Assembly: GCA_963785235.1 (NCBI GenBank)
Contig: CAWAUM010000005.1
Location: forward strand, 160,001 to 224,000
Length of the DNA: 64,000 nucleotides
Source: an uncultured delta proteobacterium
Lineage (GTDB): Bacteria > Desulfobacterota > Desulfomonilia > UBA1062
Direction of reading: 5' to 3'
Under the pieces are notes generated by a model. That model searched no databases. It was not told where the DNA came from and worked only from the letters and a program-made list of their open reading frames with translations. The stretch's first letter is position 1. The number at the start of each line of letters is the position of its first letter. Shown in pieces: positions 52,857 to 62,180 of the stretch. The translations under genes were made by a program, and so were the position numbers.

Positions 52857-54268
52857 ATCCCCCCCTGCTTTTTTGAAATAAAACCGAGGACAAACTCCTC
52901 GAGGTCCCGCACCAGGTTGAAGGCAATGATCTGGACCTTTAGATTGTCCAGGAGCATGCGGATCAGAGGCACCCTGGCAAGGGGGAGAAGCGGGATCAGG
53001 TACCACCGCATGGCCTTTACTGCAGCGTTGATGCGGTGCAGGAGGTCTTCGACGTCATCCATGCTCGCAGTGATGGGTATCTGAAACCGCATGACCTGGG
53101 GGGCATTCCCCGAATATGCCGCCCAGACGCCCTGCCTTGCAAGGCAGTCGGCCATGAGGGCGCCGATGAACTCATACTTGTACTCGATTCCGATCATGAG
53201 GCCCAGGCCACGCACTTCCTTTACGTAGTTTCCATTGGCCCTCCAGATTTCGTTGAGTCCTTCCTTGAAGCGTTTACCAACGATTGATGCATTCTCCCAC
53301 ACCTTGTTCTCCACAAGAAAGTCGAGAACAGCTGAAGAGACGATGCAGCCCAGATCCGTCCCGCCGCCATGGGATGTATGGAAGAGAGGATTGGCCTCGA
53401 CATAACCGGTTAACAAATCGATGGCACGATAGACTACTGCCCCGTTGGGATAGACGCCGCCGCTTATGGACTTGGCTGTGAACATGATATCCGGTATCAC
53501 ACCGTACTGCTCCATGGCCCACATGGTTCCCGTACGACCGAAGCCCGTCTGCACCTCGTCAAAAACGAGCATGATACCGTGCTCATCGCAGATCTGCCGC
53601 AACCCTTTTATATAATCCTTGGTCGCCACATGGATGCCGCCCTCTCCCTGGATGGGCTCGAGCACAATGGCGGCTATGTTCTTGCCGGCAACACGCCTGA
53701 CCGCCTCAAGGTCATTGAAGTCCACCACATGGAACCCCGGCATCAGGGGGAGGAACAGCTCTTTGTAATAGTCCTTGCCGCAGGCGGAAAGGCTGAAGCC
53801 TTCATGGCCGTGATAGGCCTTGTTCATGGTAATCACATCGTTCCTGCCCGTGGCCCCCTTGGCAAGCTTGATGGCCCCTGCACAGGCATCCGCACCTGTT
53901 GCGCAGAGCACAACCTTTTTCATGTCGGCAGGACAGACAGATGCGAGCTTGGCGGCAAAGAGAACCTTGTGCTCGGACAAGATGCCGTGAGATCCCATGT
54001 CGTGCCCGTCAAGTGCATCTGCCAGGGTATCCATGATCGTGGTATTGCCTCTGCCCACATTGAAGCAGCCGGCCGAGCTGAAGCAGTCATAGAACTGTTT
54101 TCCGCTCTGGGCATCAATGAAGGTACACCCTTTCCTTGCACGCTCGTATACATCCAGGTGTGCGCATCTCAGGTACCTCACCTGACCCCATGAGATGTGC
54201 TTGCCGAAGAGGTGCTGGATATAGTCCCTCTCCTGTTTGTCCATTCTGATACCCGGTTTATCCGCCAT
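52853..54268 (-). CDS. Class III (omega-amine/putrescine-like) aminotransferase
   Basis: YHG, EPIQGEGG, DEVQTGFGRTG, PDIMFTAKSISGG. Confidence 0.9.
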   Translation of the reverse strand: MADKPGIRMDKQERDYIQHLFGKHISWGQVRYLRCAHLDVYERARKGCTFIDAQSGKQFYDCFSSAGCFNVGRGNTTIMDTLADALDGHDMGSHGILSEHKVLFAAKLASVCPADMKKVVLCATGADACAGAIKLAKGATGRNDVITMNKAYHGHEGFSLSACGKDYYKELFLPLMPGFHVVDFNDLEAVRRVAGKNIAAIVLEPIQGEGGIHVATKDYIKGLRQICDEHGIMLVFDEVQTGFGRTGTMWAMEQYGVIPDIMFTAKSISGGVYPNGAVVYRAIDLLTGYVEANPLFHTSHGGGTDLGCIVSSAVLDFLVENKVWENASIVGKRFKEGLNEIWRANGNYVKEVRGLGLMIGIEYKYEFIGALMADCLARQGVWAAYSGNAPQVMRFQIPITASMDDVEDLLHRINAAVKAMRWYLIPLLPLARVPLIRMLLDNLKVQIIAFNLVRDLEEFVLGFISKKQGGI

Positions 54269-54324
54269 TTCCTCCTCCTTCACTGCATGAAAAGGATCAT
54301 GCATCTTTTTGTTGAGGCACTCAT

Positions 54325-55959
54325 TTAGAATACCCTCTGCCCGTCGATCCAGGTCTGGACAACCCGGCTCGAATCCGAGAAGGGATCTCCATCCACCACG
54401 CAGAAGGTCGCGGTCGCACCCTCACAGAGTCCGTCGTTGTCGTTTCCGAACGAACTGCTGCCACCCATGGTCCCTGCCGTAAGGGCCTGGAATTCGCTGA
54501 GCCTTTCATCCGGGTCGAGCATGGAGCCGTCGGGCTTCTTCCGATCTACTGCACGCCTGATGTTGTGAAGCGGGTCATCGGCGGCACAGGGTCCGTCTGA
54601 ACTGATGCAGATGGAAACTCCCCGATCGAGAAGGCTTTTCAGGGGGAATGCCTTCAGATAGGGCAATGCACCCTGGCGTTCGATGGCATCGGCGTAATAG
54701 GGGATGAAGCCCGGCTGGATCGATGCAACTGCCCCACAGAGGGCAAAGCTGTCCAGGCTTTCATCATCCATGATGAGCATATGTTCCACCGATGCCCCCA
54801 CAGGCCCGGTCTTTTTTACCAGTTCCGTGGCCTGGCGTGCAGCCACATTGCCCAGCGCGTGGATGACGAGGCGGTAGCCCTTGTCAGTAAAGAAGCGTGC
54901 CCGGAGGACAAGATCATCAAGGTCATCAAAGCGTAAGTAGGGGAGGTACAGTTTTCCATCCTTAAGGGTTAGCTTCTGCTCGAAAAGCATGCGGAATGGC
55001 CATAGGCTGCCCTGTGAGATGCTTTCCTTGGCCGCCCTGTATGCCGCTTTCACGCCTCCTGCAATCGGCAGGGCAGCAGCCGCCCGGAAGGCCCCGTCAA
55101 GAAAGAACTTCACACTCTTGGGGGCATGATCAGAGGCAAGGGCATCCTCATCATCCTTGCTTGCTGGTGGCGCAAGCATGCTGTCATAGTCTGTCACGGA
55201 CCAGCTCATCTTGAGCGGTGTGTAAAGCTGCGCGTCTTTCAGGAGCATCTGGACATCGCTCGGGATCCCGGGGTCGTGGACATGGGTCAGCCCCTTGCCA
55301 AGGCATCGGTTAGCCTCATCTATGATGATCTTCCTCTTCTCTTCATCGGTATATGTCTGGAATATCTCCCGGAACATGGTGAAAAAAACCCTGCAGAGGG
55401 CATCTTCCCAGATGGTCCCCTTGGGTGTGCCGTCTCTATTGATGTCCATATCTATGGGACACCGCAGTCTGTCCCTGCTGATTCCGGAGCGCATAAGAGC
55501 CTGGGTAGATGCCATGCCACTATGAAAGGTGTTATCCACGACAATAACAGGAGATCCATGGGCCGCCGAATCGATTTCTTTTATACCGGGCATCAGTGGT
55601 GGGTTCCACCTGGAGTGGTCCATGCCTGAGAAGAAGACCCAGCCGCTGTCCGATGCTCTTGACCGGCATGCAACATCTATGGCTGACAGGGCATCGGCTT
55701 TTGATGTCCAGGTGCTCGCATCTCCATTGAGCGGCAACAGGGCCGATATGAAGAAGTGCCGGTGTGCGTCTATGAGCCCGGGTATGACATGCATCCCTTT
55801 GAGATCAATTGATGATGCATTACCCGTCGGGACAGCCTCCTGGTTATAGACCTGAAAAATCTTTCCATCCCTGATGTGCATGCCGCCTTTGATCTTTGCC
55901 ATGGGTGTCCGGGCCCAGATCACTGCATTTTCCAGTACGAATTCCTGCTGAAGACTCAT
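54325..55959 (-). CDS. Metal-dependent amidohydrolase (Amidohydro_3, YtcJ/NfdA-like)
   Basis: PGLIDAHRH, KFFLDG, IHALGN, VEH, SSDGP. Confidence 0.85.
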   Translation of the reverse strand: MSLQQEFVLENAVIWARTPMAKIKGGMHIRDGKIFQVYNQEAVPTGNASSIDLKGMHVIPGLIDAHRHFFISALLPLNGDASTWTSKADALSAIDVACRSRASDSGWVFFSGMDHSRWNPPLMPGIKEIDSAAHGSPVIVVDNTFHSGMASTQALMRSGISRDRLRCPIDMDINRDGTPKGTIWEDALCRVFFTMFREIFQTYTDEEKRKIIIDEANRCLGKGLTHVHDPGIPSDVQMLLKDAQLYTPLKMSWSVTDYDSMLAPPASKDDEDALASDHAPKSVKFFLDGAFRAAAALPIAGGVKAAYRAAKESISQGSLWPFRMLFEQKLTLKDGKLYLPYLRFDDLDDLVLRARFFTDKGYRLVIHALGNVAARQATELVKKTGPVGASVEHMLIMDDESLDSFALCGAVASIQPGFIPYYADAIERQGALPYLKAFPLKSLLDRGVSICISSDGPCAADDPLHNIRRAVDRKKPDGSMLDPDERLSEFQALTAGTMGGSSSFGNDNDGLCEGATATFCVVDGDPFSDSSRVVQTWIDGQRVF

Positions 55960-56022
55960 GGGTAATCTCCTTTTTAATAGCAAAGTATAGTACTGACATC
56001 ACAGAACTCTCCCGGGTCAATA

Positions 56023-57129
56023 CTATGCCCGGTATTCCTCGTAATCACAGCCAATGGCCTTGGCCACCTCGCAATTAGTGAGCCGGCCGGTATGCACGTT
56101 CAAACCCTTTCTCAGCGCATGGTTCTCTTTTAATGCCTTATCAACACCTTTGTCGGCAAGCTCGATTATATAGGGCATGGTGGCATTGGTGAGGGCATGG
56201 GTGGAGGTCCTGGGAACGGCGCCCGGCATATTGGCAACGCAATAGTGAACGATACCCTTTTCCACATAGGTCGGATTATCATGGGTCGTGGGTTTGCTCG
56301 TCTCGGCGCATCCACCCTGATCAATAGCGATATCCACAAGGACTGATCCCGGCTCCATCTTTCTGAGCAGTTCACGGGTGATGAGATGCGGGGCCTTTGC
56401 ACCCGGGATGAGCACCGAGGCGATGACCAGGTCGGCATGTATCACACTATCTTCGACATTGCCTGCATTTGCCATGAGCATTACTGCCCGGGAGTGAAAG
56501 ATGTCCTCGAGGTAGTTGAGCCGTTTCTGGTTGATGTCGAGGATGGTGACCAGTGCCCCCAGGCCCACGGCCAGGTGCGCTGCATTAATCCCGGATATCC
56601 CTGCCCCGATGATGGTCACCCTGCCTGGCCTTACCCCCGGCACGCCGGAGAGGAGGACGCCTTTGCCCCCATTGATGGACTCCAGGCAAGTGCAGCCCAT
56701 CTGTATTGCGAGCCTTCCGGCAACTGCGCTCATGGGCGCAAGCAGCGGCAGACCACCATCGTCAAGCTGGATGGTTTCGTAGGCAATACCGATGACCTTG
56801 CTCTTGAGCAACTCACGGGTGAGTTTTTCATTGGCTGCAAGGTGGAGGTACGTGAAGAGGACCTGGCCCTGGCGCATCCTGGAATATTCTTCCTCAATGG
56901 GTTCCTTGACCTTGACGATCATATCAGAAGTGTCCCAGAGCTTGTCTGTGCTGTCAACAAGGCATGCGCCGGCCTGCTCATAAGCGGAATCGGATATGCC
57001 CGAACCAGCACCAGCTGACCTTTCAATTGATACCTTGTGTCCATGGTGCGCCAAGGTTCTCACTCCCACAGGGGTGAGGGCAACCCTGCCTTCCCTTGTT
57101 TTGATCTCTTTTGGTATACCGATATTCAT
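56023..57129 (-). CDS. ald: Alanine dehydrogenase
   Basis: GIPKEIK..E.RVALTP, VKVKEP, FTYLHLA, DIAIDQGGC, YCVANMPGAVPRTST. Confidence 0.95.
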   Translation of the reverse strand: MNIGIPKEIKTREGRVALTPVGVRTLAHHGHKVSIERSAGAGSGISDSAYEQAGACLVDSTDKLWDTSDMIVKVKEPIEEEYSRMRQGQVLFTYLHLAANEKLTRELLKSKVIGIAYETIQLDDGGLPLLAPMSAVAGRLAIQMGCTCLESINGGKGVLLSGVPGVRPGRVTIIGAGISGINAAHLAVGLGALVTILDINQKRLNYLEDIFHSRAVMLMANAGNVEDSVIHADLVIASVLIPGAKAPHLITRELLRKMEPGSVLVDIAIDQGGCAETSKPTTHDNPTYVEKGIVHYCVANMPGAVPRTSTHALTNATMPYIIELADKGVDKALKENHALRKGLNVHTGRLTNCEVAKAIGCDYEEYRA

Positions 57130-57142
57130 GGCCGACTCCTAT

Positions 57143-57158
57143 TTAGTTGAATGACTAA
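57143..57158. promoter_or_regulatory. Candidate TetR operator, copy 2
   Basis: Reverse complement TTAGTCATTCAACTAA (15/16 to copy 1), between the minus-strand TTGACA-N17-TATAAG promoter and the ald RBS. Confidence 0.65.
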
Positions 57159-57196
57159 CTTATAAAGATTATCCATGAGCCTGTCAATAACTAATA

Positions 57197-57212
57197 TTAG
57201 CTGAGTGACTAA
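57197..57212. promoter_or_regulatory. Candidate TetR operator, copy 3
   Basis: Reverse complement TTAGTCACTCAGCTAA (14/16 to copy 1), just upstream of the ald -35. Confidence 0.6.
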
Positions 57213-57324
57213 AAAAGCGGAGATCGTTCAGATTCATTTCAATTTTGAATGCAGGAACGGTTTCAACCACGACCAGGATCAGGTATATAGTCAACAGGGT
57301 ATTCGTGTATAAAAGGAACATACC

Positions 57325-58668
57325 GTGAAATATGTCAATGATCTGGTGAGAATATTCCAAGATGCCGTCCACGCGGTTGATCCTGCCGGTCTCATTGAGC
57401 GGCATGTGAAGAAAGAAGGCAGAACCCTTCTTATCGATACTCATGACAAAACCATTTCAGAAGACCTTTCAAGTTATAACAAGATAATAGTCCTGGGCAT
57501 CGGCAAGGCATCGGCACGCATGGCAGCCGCCATGGAAGGCATCCTCGGGGACGACCTTGCAAAGGGCCTGGTCATCACGAAATACGGTCATAGTCTGCAG
57601 CTGGCAAAAACCCAGGTCCATGAAGCGGGACATCCCATGCCCGATGGAAACAGTATGGATGGTGCCCGAATGCTGACTCAGATCGCACATGATTCCGATA
57701 AGCACACCCTTATCATCAGCCTTATCTCAGGAGGGGGTTCATCCCTGTTCAGTCTGCCCGCAGACGGGATCAGCCTTGAAGACAAGATTGAGACTTTCAG
57801 GGTTCTGCTGGCATCAGGCGCCAGCATTGATGAAGTCAACTGCATAAGAAAGCATATATCAAAGATCAAAGGTGGCCGCTTCGCAAAGATCGCTTACCCG
57901 GCCAGGCTCATAAGTCTTATCCTCTCGGATGTGATAGGTGACAGGCTCGACACCATATCTTCAGGCATCACGACTCCTGACCCCACCACATTCAAAGACG
58001 CCCTTTCCGTCCTGGCAAAATACTCTCTGGAGGAAAAAGTCCCCAGGGCTGTAAAAGAACTGCTCAGATCAGGTTCTCAGGGGTATATTCCTGATACGCC
58101 AAAGGATAATGACCCTGCATTTACAAACTCGCTGAATATCCTTGTGGGAAACAACATGCTCGCCTGCAAGGCGGCCCTCTCATGCGCGCAGAGGCTCGGA
58201 TATGACGCGCACATCCTGACCACCACGCTGGCAGGCGAGGCACGCCAAGCAGGGGAGTGTTTGTCAGTGCTTGCCAGGGATGTGGATTCAGGCAGATCCG
58301 GCCTGAAAAAACCGGCCGTGCTTATCCTGGGTGGGGAGACCACCGTGACGCTGCGCGGCGCAGGGAAGGGCGGCAGGAACCAGGAGATGGCCCTTGCCTT
58401 TGCATGCGCTCTGCATACGGCAAGCCCTGGCTCTACGAACATCTTCTTCCTCTCGGCAGGCACAGACGGCACCGATGGTCCCACGGACGCAGCCGGAGCC
58501 ATTGTCACCCCATTGCTGATGGAGGAGATGAAGAAGATTTCGGTTGAAGCGGTGAGGCACCTTGAAGACAACGATGCATATCATTTTTTCTCTCAACAGG
58601 ATCTGCTCTTCAAAACAGGGCCTACCTATACCAATGTCTGCGACATCCAGCTCCTGATGGTGGTCTGA
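57325..58668 (+). CDS. Glycerate 2-kinase (MOFRL/DUF4147 family)
   Basis: GIGKAS, AGHPMPD, LISGGGSSL, GGETTV, GGRNQE, GTDGTDG, TGPT.TNV.D. Confidence 0.92.
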   Translation: MKYVNDLVRIFQDAVHAVDPAGLIERHVKKEGRTLLIDTHDKTISEDLSSYNKIIVLGIGKASARMAAAMEGILGDDLAKGLVITKYGHSLQLAKTQVHEAGHPMPDGNSMDGARMLTQIAHDSDKHTLIISLISGGGSSLFSLPADGISLEDKIETFRVLLASGASIDEVNCIRKHISKIKGGRFAKIAYPARLISLILSDVIGDRLDTISSGITTPDPTTFKDALSVLAKYSLEEKVPRAVKELLRSGSQGYIPDTPKDNDPAFTNSLNILVGNNMLACKAALSCAQRLGYDAHILTTTLAGEARQAGECLSVLARDVDSGRSGLKKPAVLILGGETTVTLRGAGKGGRNQEMALAFACALHTASPGSTNIFFLSAGTDGTDGPTDAAGAIVTPLLMEEMKKISVEAVRHLEDNDAYHFFSQQDLLFKTGPTYTNVCDIQLLMVV

Positions 58669-58889
58669 TTTTTTTTATCCGCGACATTACGGTTAAAATA
58701 GCGAGGAGTACGATGATCTGCAGTAGTCAAGATCTGAACATGCACAAGTAGCACTGAAGTCAACATGAGATCTGACAAGTACCCTTATATTTCCTTAAAG
58801 GAAGTATGATTTATGCAGATCTTGTCTTGAAATCATCAATTTATATCGTATGAGCAAAACAGAACTTTTATTGCTATACTCAACGGAGT

Positions 58890-58933
58890 TGATGGCACAA
58901 GGTGATGGCACAGGGACAGGTGATGGCACAGGG
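58890..58933 (+). repeat. Three short direct repeats TGATGGCACA(A/G)GG
   Basis: Copies start at 58890, 58903 and 58921. Confidence 0.85.
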
Positions 58934-58967
58934 CTTGACATCTCCTCGACCCGTATTAATATTTAAC

Positions 58968-59035
58968 CAAATCATCTATCTCCTCTTCCACAATCGGGCC
59001 GGTCTGCATGGAGTGGATCGGCCCCTTTTGTTTGT
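58968..59035 (+). ncRNA. Candidate ~65-nt small RNA
   Basis: TTGACA(58935)-N16-TAATAT promoter, CU-rich single-stranded segment, then a 12-bp hairpin (58996-59024) and U-rich tail. Confidence 0.4.
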
Positions 59036-59207
59036 TCCAATGGCAACTTCTCTGACTTCTTGAAGTCCTTGTGGAGGGTAAAATAACCGGACCGCACGGG
59101 GATGCGGACCGGAAGAGGAGGTTTCACCACACCTCTACAAGGATGCAGAGAAAGGGTCTACCTTGTAGACGGCAAGGTGGATAGAACAAAGACTGAATCA
59201 GCTATCT

Positions 59208-59618
59208 TTACCTTCCTTCCCATTTCTTCCAGTTATCCTGGCCAGGGCCTTCTCCTTGATATCTATTGTCGTTCTGGTTCTTGTCATTGTACCTATAATC
59301 ACGAGGCCGGTAATTATCATTGTTCCTGTAATCATGGGGCCGGCCATTATCATTGTATCTGTACTCACGGGACCGGTAATTATCATGGCTCCTGGAATCA
59401 TATGGTTTGTTAGAATAGTGTCGTGGAGCAGGTCGCTGTTCTCTATGCCTGTCATGGGAAGCAAGCAAAAAGACCGCAGTTACAGCGGTGAGGACTGCGA
59501 CTATTGCAATACCTGCTGCTTGGTCATTCCCATGATCATCTTCGGGACCGTAGGCATATGCTGTTGAAAAACCGAGAAAAGAAAATATCACCAGTATGGT
59601 TATCATCTTCTTGATCAT
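59208..59618 (-). CDS. Exported/membrane protein with R/Y/D/N-rich ~10-aa repeats
   Basis: AGGAGG RBS, signal peptide ending AYA, second hydrophobic helix, repeats such as NDNYRPRDYR. Confidence 0.7.
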   Translation of the reverse strand: MIKKMITILVIFSFLGFSTAYAYGPEDDHGNDQAAGIAIVAVLTAVTAVFLLASHDRHREQRPAPRHYSNKPYDSRSHDNYRSREYRYNDNGRPHDYRNNDNYRPRDYRYNDKNQNDNRYQGEGPGQDNWKKWEGR

Positions 59619-59895
59619 GTTGTCCTCCTTATCTCTTTTGCTGAGCTCCAGGACCGTCTTATTTGCTCTTCATCTTTTTCAGGTAAGACGTACACACGAC
59701 GGAAAAGTTTACATGATCAGAATGCAGCATATTATCCCATGCTTCAAAGAATTATCCCTGGTTTTATCCCAAGCATGATAGGATCTTGTTTTCTACAGAT
59801 AATCCATAAGACTAGTCAGACAGTGTCGGAACAGGTCTGATTTATGATATGATCTGATCAATCGGAATGAACGACATTGCCCATAAGGAGATGTT

Positions 59896-61167
59896 ATGTG
59901 CGATACGCTTGGAATCGGGCCGAGTTATACCAGCTCAGGCATAAGCATCTTTGCAAAGAACTCCGACAGGGAGGCCGACGAAACCCAGCTCGTCCTTTCC
60001 ATACCCCGGAAAACCTTTCCTGAAAGAAAGGACCTGCGCTGCACATACATCACCATCCCTCAGACCGGTTCGACCCATGCCATTGTGCTGTCCAAACCTT
60101 TCTGGCTCTGGGGGGCGGAGATGGGGGTGAACGAGAAGGGTGTGGCCATCGGCAACGAAGCCTTGTTCACCAGGGTCAAGACCGAGAAGGAACCCGGACT
60201 CATCGGCATGGACCTCGTGCGTCTGGCCCTCGAGAGGTCTGCTGCTGCCGACGAAGCGGCAGACATCATTATCGAACTCCTTGTAAAATATGGTCAGGCA
60301 GGCCCCTGCGGATACCGGGACAAGAAATTCAGTTACATGAATTCCTTCATCATCATGGACAGACAGGGCATCTTGACCCTGGAGACCGTAGGCCGTGACT
60401 ATGCCGTCAAGCATCATACCGGCCATGCAGTGATATCCAACGGTATCACCATCACTGACGATTGGGACAGGTCTTCGCTCCCCACGGGTACTGATCTGAG
60501 TATATATACAGACCCGCTCACCACCTTTTTTGCAGGCAGCAGATACAGGAAAGGCCAGGGTGATGCCTCTATCCTCAAGGCAAAAGGCGCCATCAGCGTA
60601 ACCGATGTATTTCAAATTCTGAGAAGCCACTACAACCATTCACCCGCGAATGGGTTTAATCGTGATGTGTGCATGCACGCATCCGACCCGCTCATCAGGA
60701 GGTCCCAGACCACCGGGTCCTTGGTGGTGGAGCTGCACCCCAATGACAGGATCAGGATATTCGTCACTGCAGGTTCTGCGCCCTGCCTTACCCCATACAA
60801 GCCGTTCATGCCTGCAGCGCCGCTTATGGATGCAGGCAGGGGGGTCGGGTCTTATTCTGAAGATTCATACTGGTGGAGGCACGAAGCATACCATATCAAT
60901 GCAATGTTCAGGTATGATTCCATAAGGCCCCTGGTGAAGGACCGAATCAGGGAACAGGAGACGCAGTGGACAGCACGCATGCCTGCCCATGAATGGAACA
61001 GCACGGAAGTGACTTTGAAGGATACTTCCCATAACGCCTTTGCACAGTCGGAACACGTGGAAAAGGCCGCACTCCATCAAATGATGGGGATGAAAAGGCA
61101 GCCCTTCAGGATGTCAAACCTGTTCTGGAGACGTATGGCAAGACGATCCGGAGTCCCTGTGGTATGA
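59896..61167 (+). CDS. C69 family dipeptidase / secernin-like Ntn hydrolase
   Basis: MCDT N-terminal Cys; FAKNSDR; WLWGAEMGVNEKGVAIGNEA; GMDLVRLALER. Confidence 0.92.
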   Translation: MCDTLGIGPSYTSSGISIFAKNSDREADETQLVLSIPRKTFPERKDLRCTYITIPQTGSTHAIVLSKPFWLWGAEMGVNEKGVAIGNEALFTRVKTEKEPGLIGMDLVRLALERSAAADEAADIIIELLVKYGQAGPCGYRDKKFSYMNSFIIMDRQGILTLETVGRDYAVKHHTGHAVISNGITITDDWDRSSLPTGTDLSIYTDPLTTFFAGSRYRKGQGDASILKAKGAISVTDVFQILRSHYNHSPANGFNRDVCMHASDPLIRRSQTTGSLVVELHPNDRIRIFVTAGSAPCLTPYKPFMPAAPLMDAGRGVGSYSEDSYWWRHEAYHINAMFRYDSIRPLVKDRIREQETQWTARMPAHEWNSTEVTLKDTSHNAFAQSEHVEKAALHQMMGMKRQPFRMSNLFWRRMARRSGVPVV

Positions 61168-61198
61168 TGCTGGCCCGGTGTCGCTGTTAAAGCCACAT

Positions 61199-62164
61199 TT
61201 AGGACTGTTTCTTCTCGCTTGAGACCTTCCTGCCCAGGATTTCATCCAGCGATTTTTTCATGGTCTCGAGTTTATAGCCAGGAAACACAAAGGGTGATTC
61301 GCCTTCGGAAGAGACGGCAGGGAGGATCTCCCCGGTCTTTTGAAAGATGGACAGGGTATATTCCTTTGCCCCCTTGAACTTCAGGGTTATAACAGGATTA
61401 ATGAGAGATGTCTTCATGGCATCGTCCAGGTATTTCTCGCAGTATGTCCTGCTCAGGCCCGAGAGGAAGGGGTCAATGATGGCTTTATCCACAGTCTCGC
61501 CTTTTCCGTTCTTCCAGATGTACAGTTTGACTGTCCTCTTGGCAGGATCTTTCTGTGACTTGTCGGGAGGCAACCCTTCCTTGGTGAGAACTGTTGATGT
61601 CCCTGCTTCAAGGATTTCTATCGAGGTAATCAGCTCGGGTGCAAAACCAAGAACCAGCATGTCCCTCAACTCGGCAACGGGGGCCAGAAACAGCCGGGGC
61701 AGGTCGCCGCTTGCAAGATATACCTTGTTGTCGCCCGGGAGCCTGATATAGGTATGCGAATTGGTGGGGGCGGTCTTGCCCGCAGAAAGTTCACGTCTGA
61801 TCTCGTTGCCGGAGAATGCTTTGAGTACGACCTTGCTCTTGTCATCGAGCTGGTAGCGCTCATAGGACTTGGCTTCGGATACGAGGTCGGTAACGGTAAG
61901 TCCTGAGAGTTTGTCGAGCATCTCAGAGACCTTGGTCTGGTCAGCTCGCCAGTTGCCAGGAGAGATGTGCCAGTACTTGTCTTTTTTGTACAGCGCGGTA
62001 GTTTTCCCTGCTCGGGTTATCTCGACCCTGGTTATGTCATCTGCCTTGAGCGCCTTGAGCACAGGCAAGGTGTAGTGGATCCGGTCCGTCTGCTTGAACA
62101 CGAGGTACAAGATGGATGATACGATGAGCAGCCCTAGCAGGATGTATTCCTTTTTCACTTTCAT
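61199..62164 (-). CDS. DUF4340 domain protein (partner of GldG-type ABC system)
   Basis: N-terminal TM anchor; pattern W...AD..V..L..L and G..AP....Y.R....VY; position after the GldG-like gene. Confidence 0.75.
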   Translation of the reverse strand: MKVKKEYILLGLLIVSSILYLVFKQTDRIHYTLPVLKALKADDITRVEITRAGKTTALYKKDKYWHISPGNWRADQTKVSEMLDKLSGLTVTDLVSEAKSYERYQLDDKSKVVLKAFSGNEIRRELSAGKTAPTNSHTYIRLPGDNKVYLASGDLPRLFLAPVAELRDMLVLGFAPELITSIEILEAGTSTVLTKEGLPPDKSQKDPAKRTVKLYIWKNGKGETVDKAIIDPFLSGLSRTYCEKYLDDAMKTSLINPVITLKFKGAKEYTLSIFQKTGEILPAVSSEGESPFVFPGYKLETMKKSLDEILGRKVSSEKKQS

Positions 62165-62180
62165 ACGTTACCCCTTATCC

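Noticed and set aside
58890-58933. CRISPR array
   Set aside because: Units are only 13-18 bp with no unique spacers, and there are no cas genes.
59102-59567. Cys/His- or Ile-rich repetitive + strand ORFs
   Set aside because: Alternative-frame read-outs of the repeats in the minus-strand gene 59208-59618, which has the RBS and signal peptide.
59812-59827. Fourth TetR operator upstream of the C69 peptidase
   Set aside because: Only the TAGTCA half-site matches; the second half is absent.
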